Below are positions 1 through 10,005 of a stretch of 64,000 bases of DNA, piece after piece (position 1 is the first letter of the stretch; every line of letters begins with the position of its first letter). The notes beneath the pieces are model-generated. The model worked only from the letters and a program-made list of their open reading frames with translations, searched no databases and was not told the DNA's origin. The position numbers and the translations under genes are program-made. Origin of the DNA: Myxococcota bacterium (GTDB lineage: Bacteria > Myxococcota_A > Bradymonadia > UBA7976 > UBA1532); assembly GCA_036337435.1 (NCBI GenBank), contig JAYZEG010000066.1, positions 1 through 64,000 on the forward strand. The letters run 5' to 3'.

Positions 1-24
1 CTAAGTGACCCAGTCAACGCAGAC

Positions 25-1227
25 TTAGCGCAATACTCGAAGAGCGGTATCAATACTCATAGCAGTCTGACTTTGGAGCGTTCGGATCGGGTCATCTTTA
101 ATCAGCTGCGCAGCCTCATCAGCAACTCGTGCGGCGTCCTCCGATTCCCGAAGACGGGGTGCGGCGACCTTAAGGCTCACATCGTTTATGACATCTTTAG
201 CTCTTTCTTTAGCAACGTCCGATAGCTCTTTTACGCTTAGGTCAATTGCCTGCGTGAACTGCATGGCATCCTCGATGAGCCTTAAACTCCGTTCTTTCTC
301 TTCCTCCGTCCCAAGCCGGATCTCCCGTGGGTCTAAAATCTCCGAGACCGGATCAGGCTCGCCGTCAAGCCGTGGGATGTCTTCGGTCGGCTGCGGTTCC
401 TGCTGTGTCGCCCTGGGGACAATACTCAAGGTGGACGTCGGAACGACCGATTGCTGCTCGCTCTGCAAAACACGCTTGGCGCTGATAGAGGCCGCCTCTT
501 TACGAATATCATCGTTTCGATTACGCCCAAAGTTACTCTCGGCGAGAGCGTCTTTAAGCCGCTGTTCAGACGCCACAACCGCCTGGGCGGCCTCGCGTGC
601 TTTTCCTTCTTCCTCGGTCTGGATGAACGCTGCTGTTTTCTCTAAGTCCCGCTTCAGTTCGAGCATGATTACATCAGCATCGCTCGAGACGCCCAAGATC
701 TCGGCGATCTTGCTGACGTCGCCGGTACCATTGATATCACGTACGCGCTGCTGTGCGAGACCATCGATGACGTTTTGTCGCTCTTGTGACGCCACTTCAG
801 TCGCTTGTTGTGCCTGCGCTCTCTCTATAACAGCAGCTCGGCGCCGGGCATCGAACTCGGCCTGTCTTTCCACGGTTGCCGCTTTTTCCGCACTCATATC
901 GCTCTTTCTCGCCATCTGAGCCCGGATTTGCCCGGCCGCTGAATCTAACCCATAGGCTTGTAGAACGCTCTCCTTTTGCGTCTTTTTGGCCGATTCAAAA
1001 ACTTCATCGGCAGCAGCGCGGTCAATCGACTTTAACTCGACCTCCTGAGCTTTTTCTTTTGCCGTTTTATCGATCTTTATGAAGTCTTGGCGAACTTTAT
1101 CAGGGGCGTCGGCTGCCTTCTGTGGCGCACTACGCTCTGGCAGGCCCATCTTTTGGCCCGAACTGACCTTATTCTGCGGGGCTGGTCGGTCTGCTGCACC
1201 GATGCCCTTGGAGACTTGCGTACCCAT
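25..1227 (-). CDS. Hypothetical helical protein with a flagellin-like C-terminal region
   Basis: ORF 25..1245; likely ATG at 1227 after a GGAG SD. The C-terminal ~100 aa (ERSLRLIEDAMQ...AAPRLRESEDAA...TLQSQTAMSIDTALRVLR) resemble flagellin D1/D0 C-terminal helices. No canonical flagellin N-terminus. Confidence 0.6.
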   Translation of the reverse strand: MGTQVSKGIGAADRPAPQNKVSSGQKMGLPERSAPQKAADAPDKVRQDFIKIDKTAKEKAQEVELKSIDRAAADEVFESAKKTQKESVLQAYGLDSAAGQIRAQMARKSDMSAEKAATVERQAEFDARRRAAVIERAQAQQATEVASQERQNVIDGLAQQRVRDINGTGDVSKIAEILGVSSDADVIMLELKRDLEKTAAFIQTEEEGKAREAAQAVVASEQRLKDALAESNFGRNRNDDIRKEAASISAKRVLQSEQQSVVPTSTLSIVPRATQQEPQPTEDIPRLDGEPDPVSEILDPREIRLGTEEEKERSLRLIEDAMQFTQAIDLSVKELSDVAKERAKDVINDVSLKVAAPRLRESEDAARVADEAAQLIKDDPIRTLQSQTAMSIDTALRVLR

Positions 1228-1347
1228 GCGTTTCTCCGAAATCACGATTCCGTGTGACCCAATTATCTGCCTATAGTCTACCCTATTTGCACTGATATAA
1301 CAAGCGTCAGGGCGTCGTTACCGTGCGAAAACCAGAAATTCGTAAGA

Positions 1348-1380
1348 ATATCGGCGCCCTTCAGGTTGACATTCATCGGC
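1348..1380 (-). promoter_or_regulatory. Possible sigma28 (FliA/SigD-type) promoter elements
   Basis: Minus strand has GCCGATAT (1348-1355) with TGAA 16 nt upstream, and a second GCCGATGA (1373-1380). The -35 match is weak. Confidence 0.3.
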
Positions 1381-1425
1381 CACGAAACAAGTAAATAAAC
1401 GATTCGTCCAAAAGACTCCGATACA

Positions 1426-2547
1426 TCATTTCTTGACCGATTCGATGACAACGAACCTCGGATCTGACGAAATGGTTTTAGCGGTTGAAAACAACTCTTT
1501 GAGTTGACGGTGATAGCCGAGATGGCGGTTTGCAACGACAAGAAAACGACCCCCTGAAGATAGACACCGCCTCGCCCCGACGAACATGCGCCGCGCCGTC
1601 GATGTCTCTACCGAATGACCGAGGTGAAAGGGTGGATTACAGACAACCAGGTCATAGTGACCACAGGGGTGCTTCTCCAGACAATCGTCCACTTCAAAGG
1701 TGCCTCGATTGGGCTCAAAACCGTTTTGATTCCAATTCAGCTCAGCAATTCTAACGGCGGTTTTAGACTCATCGGTAAAGGACACGGCCGCTTTGGGATG
1801 GTGGCTTGCATAGGCAAGACCTAAAACGCCCGTGCCGCAGCCTAAATCGAGTACATTTGTCTCGTTTCGAGACGCAAAAAAACTAATCAGTAAACGCGAC
1901 GCATGGTCGAGTTTTCCAGCTGAAAAAAGCTGCGGATGTGAGGTAATTGACAAACCCAGTCCGGGGAGCCTGTATCCCGACGGTTTGTACACATATCCAC
2001 TCGGCACGCTTAAATTGCGCCCTTCGATCAGCCGGGCTTTGCGCTGAGCGCGATGCACCTGGACTGCAGACAACCAACGCATCGAAATGTCGAATACAGC
2101 CCGTGGTGTGTGCTTGACCATACCGGCCAGGATGATTTTCGTTGAGGCCAAGACTGTCTTTGACAACTGCATCAATTGATATTCGAGGAGTTCTATTCGC
2201 TTTGGGATTTTTACAACAAGATGGGTTGGCTGAATAGTTACCTGGTCGATCGAGTTAAGCAACCGCAGGCCCTCGACCTCGATGGAATTGTTGAGTGCAT
2301 TGCGCACAATGGCAAGCTGGGAACAGTGGCTATCTGTGAACGTCTCACTCGCCCATTCGCCTTGGCAAAGTGTCAAAGCACCAAAGGCGTCATTGACGAA
2401 CAAAACCTCTGCAACGTGATTTTTTTGCTCTCGTAAATAATCGACAACCAACTCATCGGCTGCATCCCAAGCTCTCAAAGGGCCAGAGTCCTGGCCACCG
2501 AAACGACGGAGTTCGAGTGGCGTTTGGCCGTGTTCAAAGACCTTCAT
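1426..2547 (-). CDS. rlmG: 23S rRNA m2G1835 methyltransferase RlmG-like (RlmG/RsmC family)
   Basis: LRAWDAADE, NDAFGAL, VLDLGCGTG (SAM motif I) and CNPPFH (motif IV); 373 aa two-domain size. Confidence 0.85.
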   Translation of the reverse strand: MKVFEHGQTPLELRRFGGQDSGPLRAWDAADELVVDYLREQKNHVAEVLFVNDAFGALTLCQGEWASETFTDSHCSQLAIVRNALNNSIEVEGLRLLNSIDQVTIQPTHLVVKIPKRIELLEYQLMQLSKTVLASTKIILAGMVKHTPRAVFDISMRWLSAVQVHRAQRKARLIEGRNLSVPSGYVYKPSGYRLPGLGLSITSHPQLFSAGKLDHASRLLISFFASRNETNVLDLGCGTGVLGLAYASHHPKAAVSFTDESKTAVRIAELNWNQNGFEPNRGTFEVDDCLEKHPCGHYDLVVCNPPFHLGHSVETSTARRMFVGARRCLSSGGRFLVVANRHLGYHRQLKELFSTAKTISSDPRFVVIESVKK

Positions 2548-2687
2548 GATACCCTGTCTCCATCACTGCCATCAGCAGCTGCTACTGTCCGAAGCTCGGC
2601 TAGAGTTTAAGCTCGACCGCATGAGCGCGTCTAGTGTGGTGTATCAAATCTTGTTCGTGTTCAAACGCATCTCATTGAGGGATCAAA

Positions 2688-4277
2688 CTAGAGGTCATTT
2701 GCATGAGATAACACATAGACAGGTGTCTCACGGGCGGGCACCGTCCCTGAATAACCCCGCTCCACAGCGTCAACCCTGTTAATGCCCTTACGATTTAGAA
2801 TCACCCGGCTGCGCTCGAGAACTGTATCGCCGTCAGGCGTCGTCAAACGCAGTACGATATTAATGTGATAGACCCGTGCACACTTCGCAGACTCAACAGA
2901 CAGGGTTTTCGGATCAACGTATCTGTAGTCTTCCCACGGTTTGTCCATTCTCTTCAAAAGTCTTTGAACATTGAATCGAATAATATCGTTCAGACCACCC
3001 GCATGGTGGAGAAGTGGTCCGATCTCCCGACTCGAGAGTGAAACATCTTTCGAGTAGTGCAAAACCGTTTCTGGACGTCCATCGACTGCATCTCGAGTGG
3101 GGTGATCGGCATGCCTCAGCTTGATGATTTTCGGTTCGATTTGACTTGCGTCACGGACTGAAAAATTTTCTTCGCATCGACCCAGCAGACGCCCCGTATC
3201 CGAATCATAAATGCGAATTGCGTGATCCGATAACCAGCGGCTCACTCTACGACCCAAAATCCGTTTGCCATGTTCCTTGATCCGGTCTTTCACGATGTAG
3301 GAAATGACCATGGCTGTAATGAATGCTGCGCTGAATGACATTCCGATATACGACTGGGTTATGATGGCCGCAACGGTGGCGAAGAGCATCGCCAAAGCGG
3401 CCGCCGTCATGCCCACGAGATTTCCGATGGCATTGCCGGTTTCTTCTCGTTGGACATCGAGATAGAGGACGCTTGAAACAAAACGCTTCAGCACATGTCG
3501 TCGATGAGACAAATACTCGTTTCTGGACCCCTCACGAGCGTAGCTTTTAAACCCCCTACCCCGACGCCGCTTGTATTCAGACACAGCGAGTTTTGCCAGT
3601 CCATCACGTGCCTCAGAGAGAAGATTATGCTCCTGGGAGCCGATAGCCTTTTCAACAGCTATCAGAACGTCGGTGAGCACTTCCTCTGCCTTGATAGACA
3701 AATATTCATCGATACCACGCCATGCATCTCGCAGTTCCAACGCAACATTTGGTGTCTCAGCGAAATCTCCCACATTTCTCAGCAATTGCAGTGTCATTTC
3801 CACATCATTTTTAAATTGATTGATGAAGACTGCACATTGCTTTTCGGAGCCCCCGAAGACCCCCTCACCTAAGGTTTTTTCCAGTCGCCCGACCAAGGCT
3901 GAAGATTCGTCCCGAAGAGTGCTTCGAACAATACAGCCTATGGTTTTCATCTGCGCTATCATCTTGGACGTCTCAACTGCTTTTCCGCAGCACGCCTGCC
4001 TGAGTTGTTCATCCAGCGCATTCAGCCAAGGCTCAAGGCCTTGTCCTGATGCGAGCACTGACAGTGCAACCCTTGGCGTTTTCAATCGAATGAAGGTCGC
4101 TGTATCACGATAGAACAATTGCTTGCTGTAACGGGCCTTGGTCATAGCGAGGACACGAGGCACAAAAATGAAGGCCTCCACCCTGTATTTCTGCTCACTC
4201 AAATGAGGGTCGACAACGTAACCAAGCTTAAGCTCCAGTTGGTTCGGGTCATGCCGCCCAAAGCGATGTTCAAGCAT
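2688..4277 (-). CDS. Hypothetical membrane protein (helical domain, two central TM helices, C-terminal soluble domain)
   Basis: 529 aa ORF with AGGAG SD; hydrophobic hairpin GMTAAALAMLFATVAAII...FITAMVISYIV. Confidence 0.75.
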   Translation of the reverse strand: MLEHRFGRHDPNQLELKLGYVVDPHLSEQKYRVEAFIFVPRVLAMTKARYSKQLFYRDTATFIRLKTPRVALSVLASGQGLEPWLNALDEQLRQACCGKAVETSKMIAQMKTIGCIVRSTLRDESSALVGRLEKTLGEGVFGGSEKQCAVFINQFKNDVEMTLQLLRNVGDFAETPNVALELRDAWRGIDEYLSIKAEEVLTDVLIAVEKAIGSQEHNLLSEARDGLAKLAVSEYKRRRGRGFKSYAREGSRNEYLSHRRHVLKRFVSSVLYLDVQREETGNAIGNLVGMTAAALAMLFATVAAIITQSYIGMSFSAAFITAMVISYIVKDRIKEHGKRILGRRVSRWLSDHAIRIYDSDTGRLLGRCEENFSVRDASQIEPKIIKLRHADHPTRDAVDGRPETVLHYSKDVSLSSREIGPLLHHAGGLNDIIRFNVQRLLKRMDKPWEDYRYVDPKTLSVESAKCARVYHINIVLRLTTPDGDTVLERSRVILNRKGINRVDAVERGYSGTVPARETPVYVLSHANDL

Positions 4278-4305
4278 ATTTGGCTCCTAAGACCAAAGAG
4301 CGTTA

Positions 4306-4338
4306 GTCACACAACTGTAACACAAATGTCACACAGAT
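4306..4338. promoter_or_regulatory. Three tandem 11-bp direct repeats (Pho-box/OmpR-family-like site)
   Basis: GTCACACAACT-GTAACACAAAT-GTCACACAGAT, 29-61 nt upstream of the 4277 start. Confidence 0.55.
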
Positions 4339-4388
4339 CACAACGAATGGAGAAGACGCCGATTTACAGCGATAAATGATTCAGTGAG

Positions 4389-6161
4389 TTAATTGACACA
4401 AATGCCATAGGCCCAACTGGGGTCCGAATAGCAAAAACCTCCAGGACAATTTGGGTCCTCGGGATCGCAAATCGGCATGCAGCGTCGGCCATTTGAATCA
4501 GAGAGACAGAGCGCAGAATCCTTACAATCGGCATTCACTTGGCAACTCAATCCAGGCGCACGATGGCCCGATGGACGACATGAACCTGACCGAGACCACA
4601 GACCAAACGGCTGACAAACTGAATTCGCTGTACAACCTGCGCCGAAAACAGAGCAGTCGGCAGGTAAACACAACGCAAGATTATAGCCCTCGGCCACTGC
4701 GGTCTCTGGATCATCGGCAGGCACAACCCTCACACAAACCAGTCCCTGTCCGCATGCTTCGCCTTCCGGCCAACAAACCTCCCGGCACGTGCCCCGGCCA
4801 GGATTCGCCTGACTTGGCTCAAGTGGATCGTCGGGATCCCCGTAGCATAATGATGTCGATTCACATCGTAAGCTGAGCGCGTCTAAATCACGCCCACGAA
4901 CCTGTGCGTCGCATGCTTGACCCAGAGAGGCAAGACCACCTTCATGACAATACCGAGTCCGTGTGCCAGGCGCAGTCGAAGACATACCCATCGGCAAACA
5001 GGTGCCATCCAATCTATTGGCTGCTGTCATTGAACACCGCTGATAGATTGAGCCGTTGTTGGTCCCCGTCCCACACTCGCGAGGCAAACAGACTCCGTAT
5101 TCGAGATTACAGACGTGATGAAGTGGACAGTCTTGGTCACTGGCACACAGAAGCGCGCACTCACCCCGAGCATCAGCGGTCGGTACACAGCGCTGTGATT
5201 CAGAACAGTCGTCAACGCTCATACAGCCAGCAGCAGTTGTTCGAACACACATCCCACGAAAACAGTAATCACCCAACGGGCAGTGATAATCGGTCAGGCA
5301 TGTGCCATCCGTTCGTACACATCGACCGGATGTGCAGGACTCCCCGATCCGGCATGGGTACCGACAACGCAATTGAGGCTCCACGCACAAGCCACTCGAT
5401 ATGTCACATCTGCGTTGGCCAGGACACCCGAGGCTACGGCAGTTTGGTTCGCACACCCCGCCGTTTCGTTGATCGGCCTCATGACAAAACCAATCGAGAG
5501 CGCACTGTTCATCTCGAGTACATCTGCGCCGACACATATTGCCACCGCGTCTTGTGACGCACATCCCGCCTAAACAATTGTCGGAATTCAAGCACGGTAC
5601 ATGACATTGTCCGAGTTGGCTTACATCCACGCCAGGAAAACGTTCGCAAATGCCAACTGAGCAATCTCGCGTCGTCAAACAACTGCCACCCGGTAGTCCG
5701 AAATTTCGAGGAACGCACCTGCGGTGCGCCTCGACACAAACCTCCTGGCTTGAACACGACAATGATCGACAGGCTGATAGAGTGGCATCCCCTTCATCCT
5801 CGTTATGCAGCTGAGAACCATCCGCCAACGAACTATCTGGGCGCTGTGAGTCTTGAACGAATAAGCCATCAGCATCGGGCTCTAAGGCGCAACGTTCATC
5901 CGTCAGAACGATGATGCCATCGGTGCAGCGTCCAGCACGACAAACCCCTTTCTTGGTAATTCCCCCAGGCAAATCCAGGGTACAGCAGGGGCCTGCTGAG
6001 CCATTGGACAGGACACACTCTGATGATTGAGATGGGTTACATGCCGCTAAAATGAGGCTGCTACTCACGAAAAACACACACAAGAGGATGTTCCTGGCAA
6101 AATTACAAATGCCAGCGAGTAATACATTCAAGTTTGGCGGCGGTTGACGTCTGCTCATCAC
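4389..6161 (-). CDS. Cysteine-rich repeat lipoprotein (myxobacterial type)
   Basis: Lipobox LAAC; many C-x3-D-C-x4/5-C repeats over 590 aa. Confidence 0.8.
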   Translation of the reverse strand: MMSRRQPPPNLNVLLAGICNFARNILLCVFFVSSSLILAACNPSQSSECVLSNGSAGPCCTLDLPGGITKKGVCRAGRCTDGIIVLTDERCALEPDADGLFVQDSQRPDSSLADGSQLHNEDEGDATLSACRSLSCSSQEVCVEAHRRCVPRNFGLPGGSCLTTRDCSVGICERFPGVDVSQLGQCHVPCLNSDNCLGGMCVTRRGGNMCRRRCTRDEQCALDWFCHEADQRNGGVCEPNCRSLGCPGQRRCDISSGLCVEPQLRCRYPCRIGESCTSGRCVRTDGTCLTDYHCPLGDYCFRGMCVRTTAAGCMSVDDCSESQRCVPTADARGECALLCASDQDCPLHHVCNLEYGVCLPRECGTGTNNGSIYQRCSMTAANRLDGTCLPMGMSSTAPGTRTRYCHEGGLASLGQACDAQVRGRDLDALSLRCESTSLCYGDPDDPLEPSQANPGRGTCREVCWPEGEACGQGLVCVRVVPADDPETAVAEGYNLALCLPADCSVFGAGCTANSVCQPFGLWSRSGSCRPSGHRAPGLSCQVNADCKDSALCLSDSNGRRCMPICDPEDPNCPGGFCYSDPSWAYGICVN

Positions 6162-6219
6162 GGAAATAAAGTAACGCGATCCGGTGCTTGTTCGCAGTTA
6201 AAACGTGGAGTTCGCAAAA

Positions 6220-7236
6220 ATGAGTTCAGAAGGTCTAGTCGTTGCCGTCGTTGGTGCTACCGGTGCCGTTGGTGAAGAGATGATTAATGTGCTAAGCGAA
6301 CGGCGTTTTCCAGTCGGCCGGCTTGTGCCTCTGGCGTCAGAGCGTTCAGCCGGTCGAACGGTCGATTGGCAAGGTGACGAGGTCACGGTTAAAACACTCA
6401 CGGAAGGATCATTTGAAGGCGTCGATGTCGCTTTGTTCTCAGCAGGCGCGAGCATCAGCGAAATGTATGCCCCCATCGCCGCCAATAGTGGTGCTTTAGT
6501 CGTTGACAATAGTCGCGCTTTTCGGATGACGAAGGGCGTTCCACTGGTCGTCCCAGAGGTAAACGCCCAAGCACTCAATTGTAAGTCTAAAATCATTGCC
6601 AACCCGAACTGCTCGACAATTCAAAAAGTAGTGGCTTTAAAGCCACTGCATGATGCGGCAAAGCTAAAACGGGTGATTGTCAGCACCTACCAGTCTGCGT
6701 CTGGTGCGGGGCGAGATGCGATGGATGAGCTGAGAGAACAGACGGTGTCGCTTCTGAATTTCCGCGAGGTCAAAACCAAACATTTTTCTCGTCGCCTTGC
6801 CTTCGACTCAATACCGCAAATCGACCAATTCGAATCCGATGGCTTTACCCGTGAGGAGCACAAAATGATTTTCGAAACACGAAAAATCCTCGGTCTGGAT
6901 GACTTAGCTGTCTGTGCAACGTGCGTCAGAGTCCCCGTGTTTGTCGGCCATGCGATGTCGATCAATGCCGAATTCGAGAAGCCGATAGAATTGCAGGACG
7001 CTGAAAAGCTATTGAGTCGTGCCGAAGGCGTGGTATTTCATGGCGATCCCAACGAATTCCCAGTGGCTGCGGATGCGGCTGGGAATGATAATGTCCATAT
7101 TGGGCGGCTTCGTGTCGACCCGTCGGTCGACAATGGCCTCGTGTTTTGGGCTGTCGCCGACAACCTGCGTAAAGGGGCCGCCACAAACGCTGTCCAAATC
7201 GCTGAAGTCTTACGTGAACTTGGGCGTTTGCACTAA
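6220..7236 (+). CDS. asd: Aspartate-semialdehyde dehydrogenase
   Basis: VAVVGATGAVG, ANPNCSTIQ, STYQSASGAG, DNLRKGAATN; ATG at 6220 after GGAG. Confidence 0.97.
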   Translation: MSSEGLVVAVVGATGAVGEEMINVLSERRFPVGRLVPLASERSAGRTVDWQGDEVTVKTLTEGSFEGVDVALFSAGASISEMYAPIAANSGALVVDNSRAFRMTKGVPLVVPEVNAQALNCKSKIIANPNCSTIQKVVALKPLHDAAKLKRVIVSTYQSASGAGRDAMDELREQTVSLLNFREVKTKHFSRRLAFDSIPQIDQFESDGFTREEHKMIFETRKILGLDDLAVCATCVRVPVFVGHAMSINAEFEKPIELQDAEKLLSRAEGVVFHGDPNEFPVAADAAGNDNVHIGRLRVDPSVDNGLVFWAVADNLRKGAATNAVQIAEVLRELGRLH

Positions 7237-7426
7237 CCTGAATCGCAGCAATTAAATTGCCAAATTGTCCACATCGATTGGGTTCAACTGCCAGGATGGC
7301 ACTGGATACATCGAGTGGCCCTGCCGTTTACCCGAGTTTAAGCGTCCGAAACACATCGCAGAGTTGGTACGGATCATGTAAGAGACAAGAGGTGAATCAG
7401 CCAACGACGAACGACTTGGAGAAATA

Positions 7427-8488
7427 ATGGATCTTCGAACTAAGCTCTTGAGCTTAATATTGGTATTTTTGGTCATGCCGAGTCATGGGCTCGCAGAACC
7501 GGTACTGACATTTGGAACAGAGCCGGATCCAATCGGTGCTTTGGAGTGCGACTTACGTCTGACCGATGTACTGACGTTGACTGCAACAGCAAACGAAGAC
7601 TCGGACAACACCTATGTGCTTCGAATCGTCATGTACACCGACGTAGGGAGCAGCTCAGAAGACTCTTGCCTCTGTGGCTTGTCACATTGTCCGCAAACGG
7701 TGCTAAACGTATCATCAGCCTGCGGGTGCATTGCTGAGAGCAGCCAAGACGAAGCCAGCTTCTCGACCACGCTGAACGCTGGTATCGCCGGGCTGAATCC
7801 AACGGGCACGGGCGGTGTGAATGACCTGGTTGGTTTCCTCTGCGAGTCTGACCGCACCGTCAAGTTTCGAGCCGACCTTATCGGAGTGGAACCGGCGGAT
7901 GGAAGCCTCGAAGTGGCAGCAGAGGACGCCAGTTCTGACGCTATCACCCTAATCATCGACGTCACGGCACCACAAGCCCCCTCTGCTCCCCCATCGGTGC
8001 GCGCCGCAGAAGGGGCATTGGTCATCAAGTTGGATTCTTCCGATCAGAATAACGATGATGTAGAGAGCCATGAAGTTTGCGTTCAAGTCGCCTCGAATAC
8101 AAACGCTCAAAACCAACCCACGGAAGAGGACGGTGGACCGCTCACGCTGGAAGAACTACGGGGTGGCTTTGCGGCCACGAGTTGTAAGAAAACGTCGCAA
8201 CTCAATTCAGGTGAAGAGTATCGGTATGAGGGTCTGACCAATGACATTGAATACGTTGTGGTCGTGGCAGCCTTTGACCAAGCGGGTAACCGGAGTGGCA
8301 ATGGCGAATCTGTGACGGCCTCTCCCTCAGCACTTCTTGATTTCGCTGAACTCTACACAGCACGCCTCGGTGGTGCTGCCGGTGAAACAGGCGGCTGCAC
8401 CAGCATGGAATCGAACCACACTGCTCCGTTGACTGTCTTGTGGCTTCTCCTAGGCTTCTACGCGCTGACCAAGAGGAGTCGCCAATGA
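7427..8488 (+). CDS. Secreted FN3-like protein with MYXO-CTERM-like anchor (MXAN_2561-like)
   Basis: Signal peptide; FN3-like GLTNDIEYVVVVAAFDQAGNRS; tail GGCT + TM helix + basic KRSRQ. Confidence 0.7.
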   Translation: MDLRTKLLSLILVFLVMPSHGLAEPVLTFGTEPDPIGALECDLRLTDVLTLTATANEDSDNTYVLRIVMYTDVGSSSEDSCLCGLSHCPQTVLNVSSACGCIAESSQDEASFSTTLNAGIAGLNPTGTGGVNDLVGFLCESDRTVKFRADLIGVEPADGSLEVAAEDASSDAITLIIDVTAPQAPSAPPSVRAAEGALVIKLDSSDQNNDDVESHEVCVQVASNTNAQNQPTEEDGGPLTLEELRGGFAATSCKKTSQLNSGEEYRYEGLTNDIEYVVVVAAFDQAGNRSGNGESVTASPSALLDFAELYTARLGGAAGETGGCTSMESNHTAPLTVLWLLLGFYALTKRSRQ

Positions 8489-9195
8489 TTCGCTTTATTT
8501 ACACGACTTTTCTTCTTGCGGCTCTTGCGAGTAGTGCCTTCGCAGATGACCTGCCTCCGAAATACACCTTGGGTATACAGGTCGGCAATTACACGCCAAA
8601 TATCGATTCTCAATTTGAACAGTCGGCCGGTTCGGTATTACCGCCGTATCAAAGTGCTTTTGGTGGTGACCCGTCGCTCTTATTCAACGTCAGCATACAC
8701 CGCAACATCCCGACACCGATTGGCACAACGAGCATCGGTGTATCGGCCGGTTATTGGTGTAAGGAAGGCAAAGCCATCGCACCGGCTGGGTCCGATGCGA
8801 GCGATACAACCGAAATGGTCATCTATCCGCTCCAATTGCAAGGTTCGTATCGATTGGATCGCTGGCTAGACTATGTACCACTAGCACCTGTGGCTCGAGT
8901 AGGCCTTAGCTATTCTTACTGGCGTATCTACGACGGGGCAGACAATGTTGCCGAGTTCGCACCTGGCCAAAGGGCGACAGGGGGGACATTAGGCTGGCAC
9001 GCAACTGTGGGCGTACACCTCTTACTTGATGCGTTGGACCCAGAGGCGGCCATTGATTTTGAGCGCGATGCAGGTCTTATGAACACCTATTTCACCGTTG
9101 AATACCAGTACTCAAGAGTCGATGATTTCGGCTCAGCGGACTCGTTCCGTATGGGAGATGAAATCCTCATGTTTGGCCTGGCTTTGGACTTCTGA
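8485..9195 (+). CDS. Outer-membrane beta-barrel protein (MXAN_2562-like)
   Basis: ATGA overlap with the upstream gene; signal peptide ending AFA; amphipathic strands; C-terminal GLALDF. Confidence 0.7.
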   Translation: MIRFIYTTFLLAALASSAFADDLPPKYTLGIQVGNYTPNIDSQFEQSAGSVLPPYQSAFGGDPSLLFNVSIHRNIPTPIGTTSIGVSAGYWCKEGKAIAPAGSDASDTTEMVIYPLQLQGSYRLDRWLDYVPLAPVARVGLSYSYWRIYDGADNVAEFAPGQRATGGTLGWHATVGVHLLLDALDPEAAIDFERDAGLMNTYFTVEYQYSRVDDFGSADSFRMGDEILMFGLALDF

Positions 9196-9199
9196 TCCA

Positions 9200-9994
9200 A
9201 TGCCCTTTGATTCAGCGAGACGAGTTGCGTTTCGGGTCGAATATGATGGGACAGGCTACAGCGGCTGGCAAAGTCAGCCAAACGTGCCAAAAACCATTCA
9301 AAACCAACTCGAAATCGCCATTAGCGATTTCGTTGGATGCACAAGCGTGGTCCAAGGTGCGAGTCGAACAGACGCTGGCGTGCACGCGCGGGACCAATTG
9401 GCAGCTGTCACCATCAACCACCCTGCATCGTTGGACGGCTTCATAAAGGCCGTTAACGTACGACTTCCAGACGCGATCTCCATTCGCGCACCACGCGAGG
9501 TCACCGCTGACTTTAATCCTCGGTTCGAAAATCACGGCAAAACTTACATCTACAGGGTTTATCAAAGTCACCAGCGGAGACCGTTGCAGGCGAGATGGGC
9601 ATGGAGACTGCCATGGCCCCTGGATGCCGAGCGAATCGTCGCAGCGTCGAACAACCTTATCGGGAGCCATGATTTTACCAGCTTTGCGGCCACCGACGGA
9701 AGTCACAAAAGCGCGATACGAACCTTGACTCAGCTTGAGTTCGAGCCATCTACAGACGGCTGTTTCCAGTTTATCCTGACTGGAACAGCATTCATGAAGA
9801 ACATGGTGCGAATCATTGTTGGCACCTTAGTCGAGGCCGGTAGGGGTCGACTGAGTGCAGACGACATAGTAGACATTCTACAGGCTAAAGATCGCCAGGC
9901 TGCCGGGCCAACAGCACCAGCACACGGGCTGTGTTTGGCCCGAATTTATGCTCATTTTGAAGATGTAGAATTGCCAGACCGGCTGACCGATTAG
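9200..9994 (+). CDS. truA: tRNA pseudouridine(38-40) synthase
   Basis: EYDGTGYSGWQ, ASRTDAGVHA, HDFTSF, FMKNMVRIIVG, TAPAHGL. Confidence 0.96.
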   Translation: MPFDSARRVAFRVEYDGTGYSGWQSQPNVPKTIQNQLEIAISDFVGCTSVVQGASRTDAGVHARDQLAAVTINHPASLDGFIKAVNVRLPDAISIRAPREVTADFNPRFENHGKTYIYRVYQSHQRRPLQARWAWRLPWPLDAERIVAASNNLIGSHDFTSFAATDGSHKSAIRTLTQLEFEPSTDGCFQFILTGTAFMKNMVRIIVGTLVEAGRGRLSADDIVDILQAKDRQAAGPTAPAHGLCLARIYAHFEDVELPDRLTD

Positions 9995-10005
9995 ACTGCG
10001 GTGCT

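Noticed and set aside
188..919. Long antisense and alternate-frame ORFs (also 4904..5557, 18105..18812, 23598..24323, 35688..36410)
   Set aside because: They overlap well-supported genes and lack recognisable motifs, so they are treated as shadow ORFs.
4306..4338. CRISPR-like repeat
   Set aside because: The units are 11 bp and contiguous, with no spacers and no cas genes.
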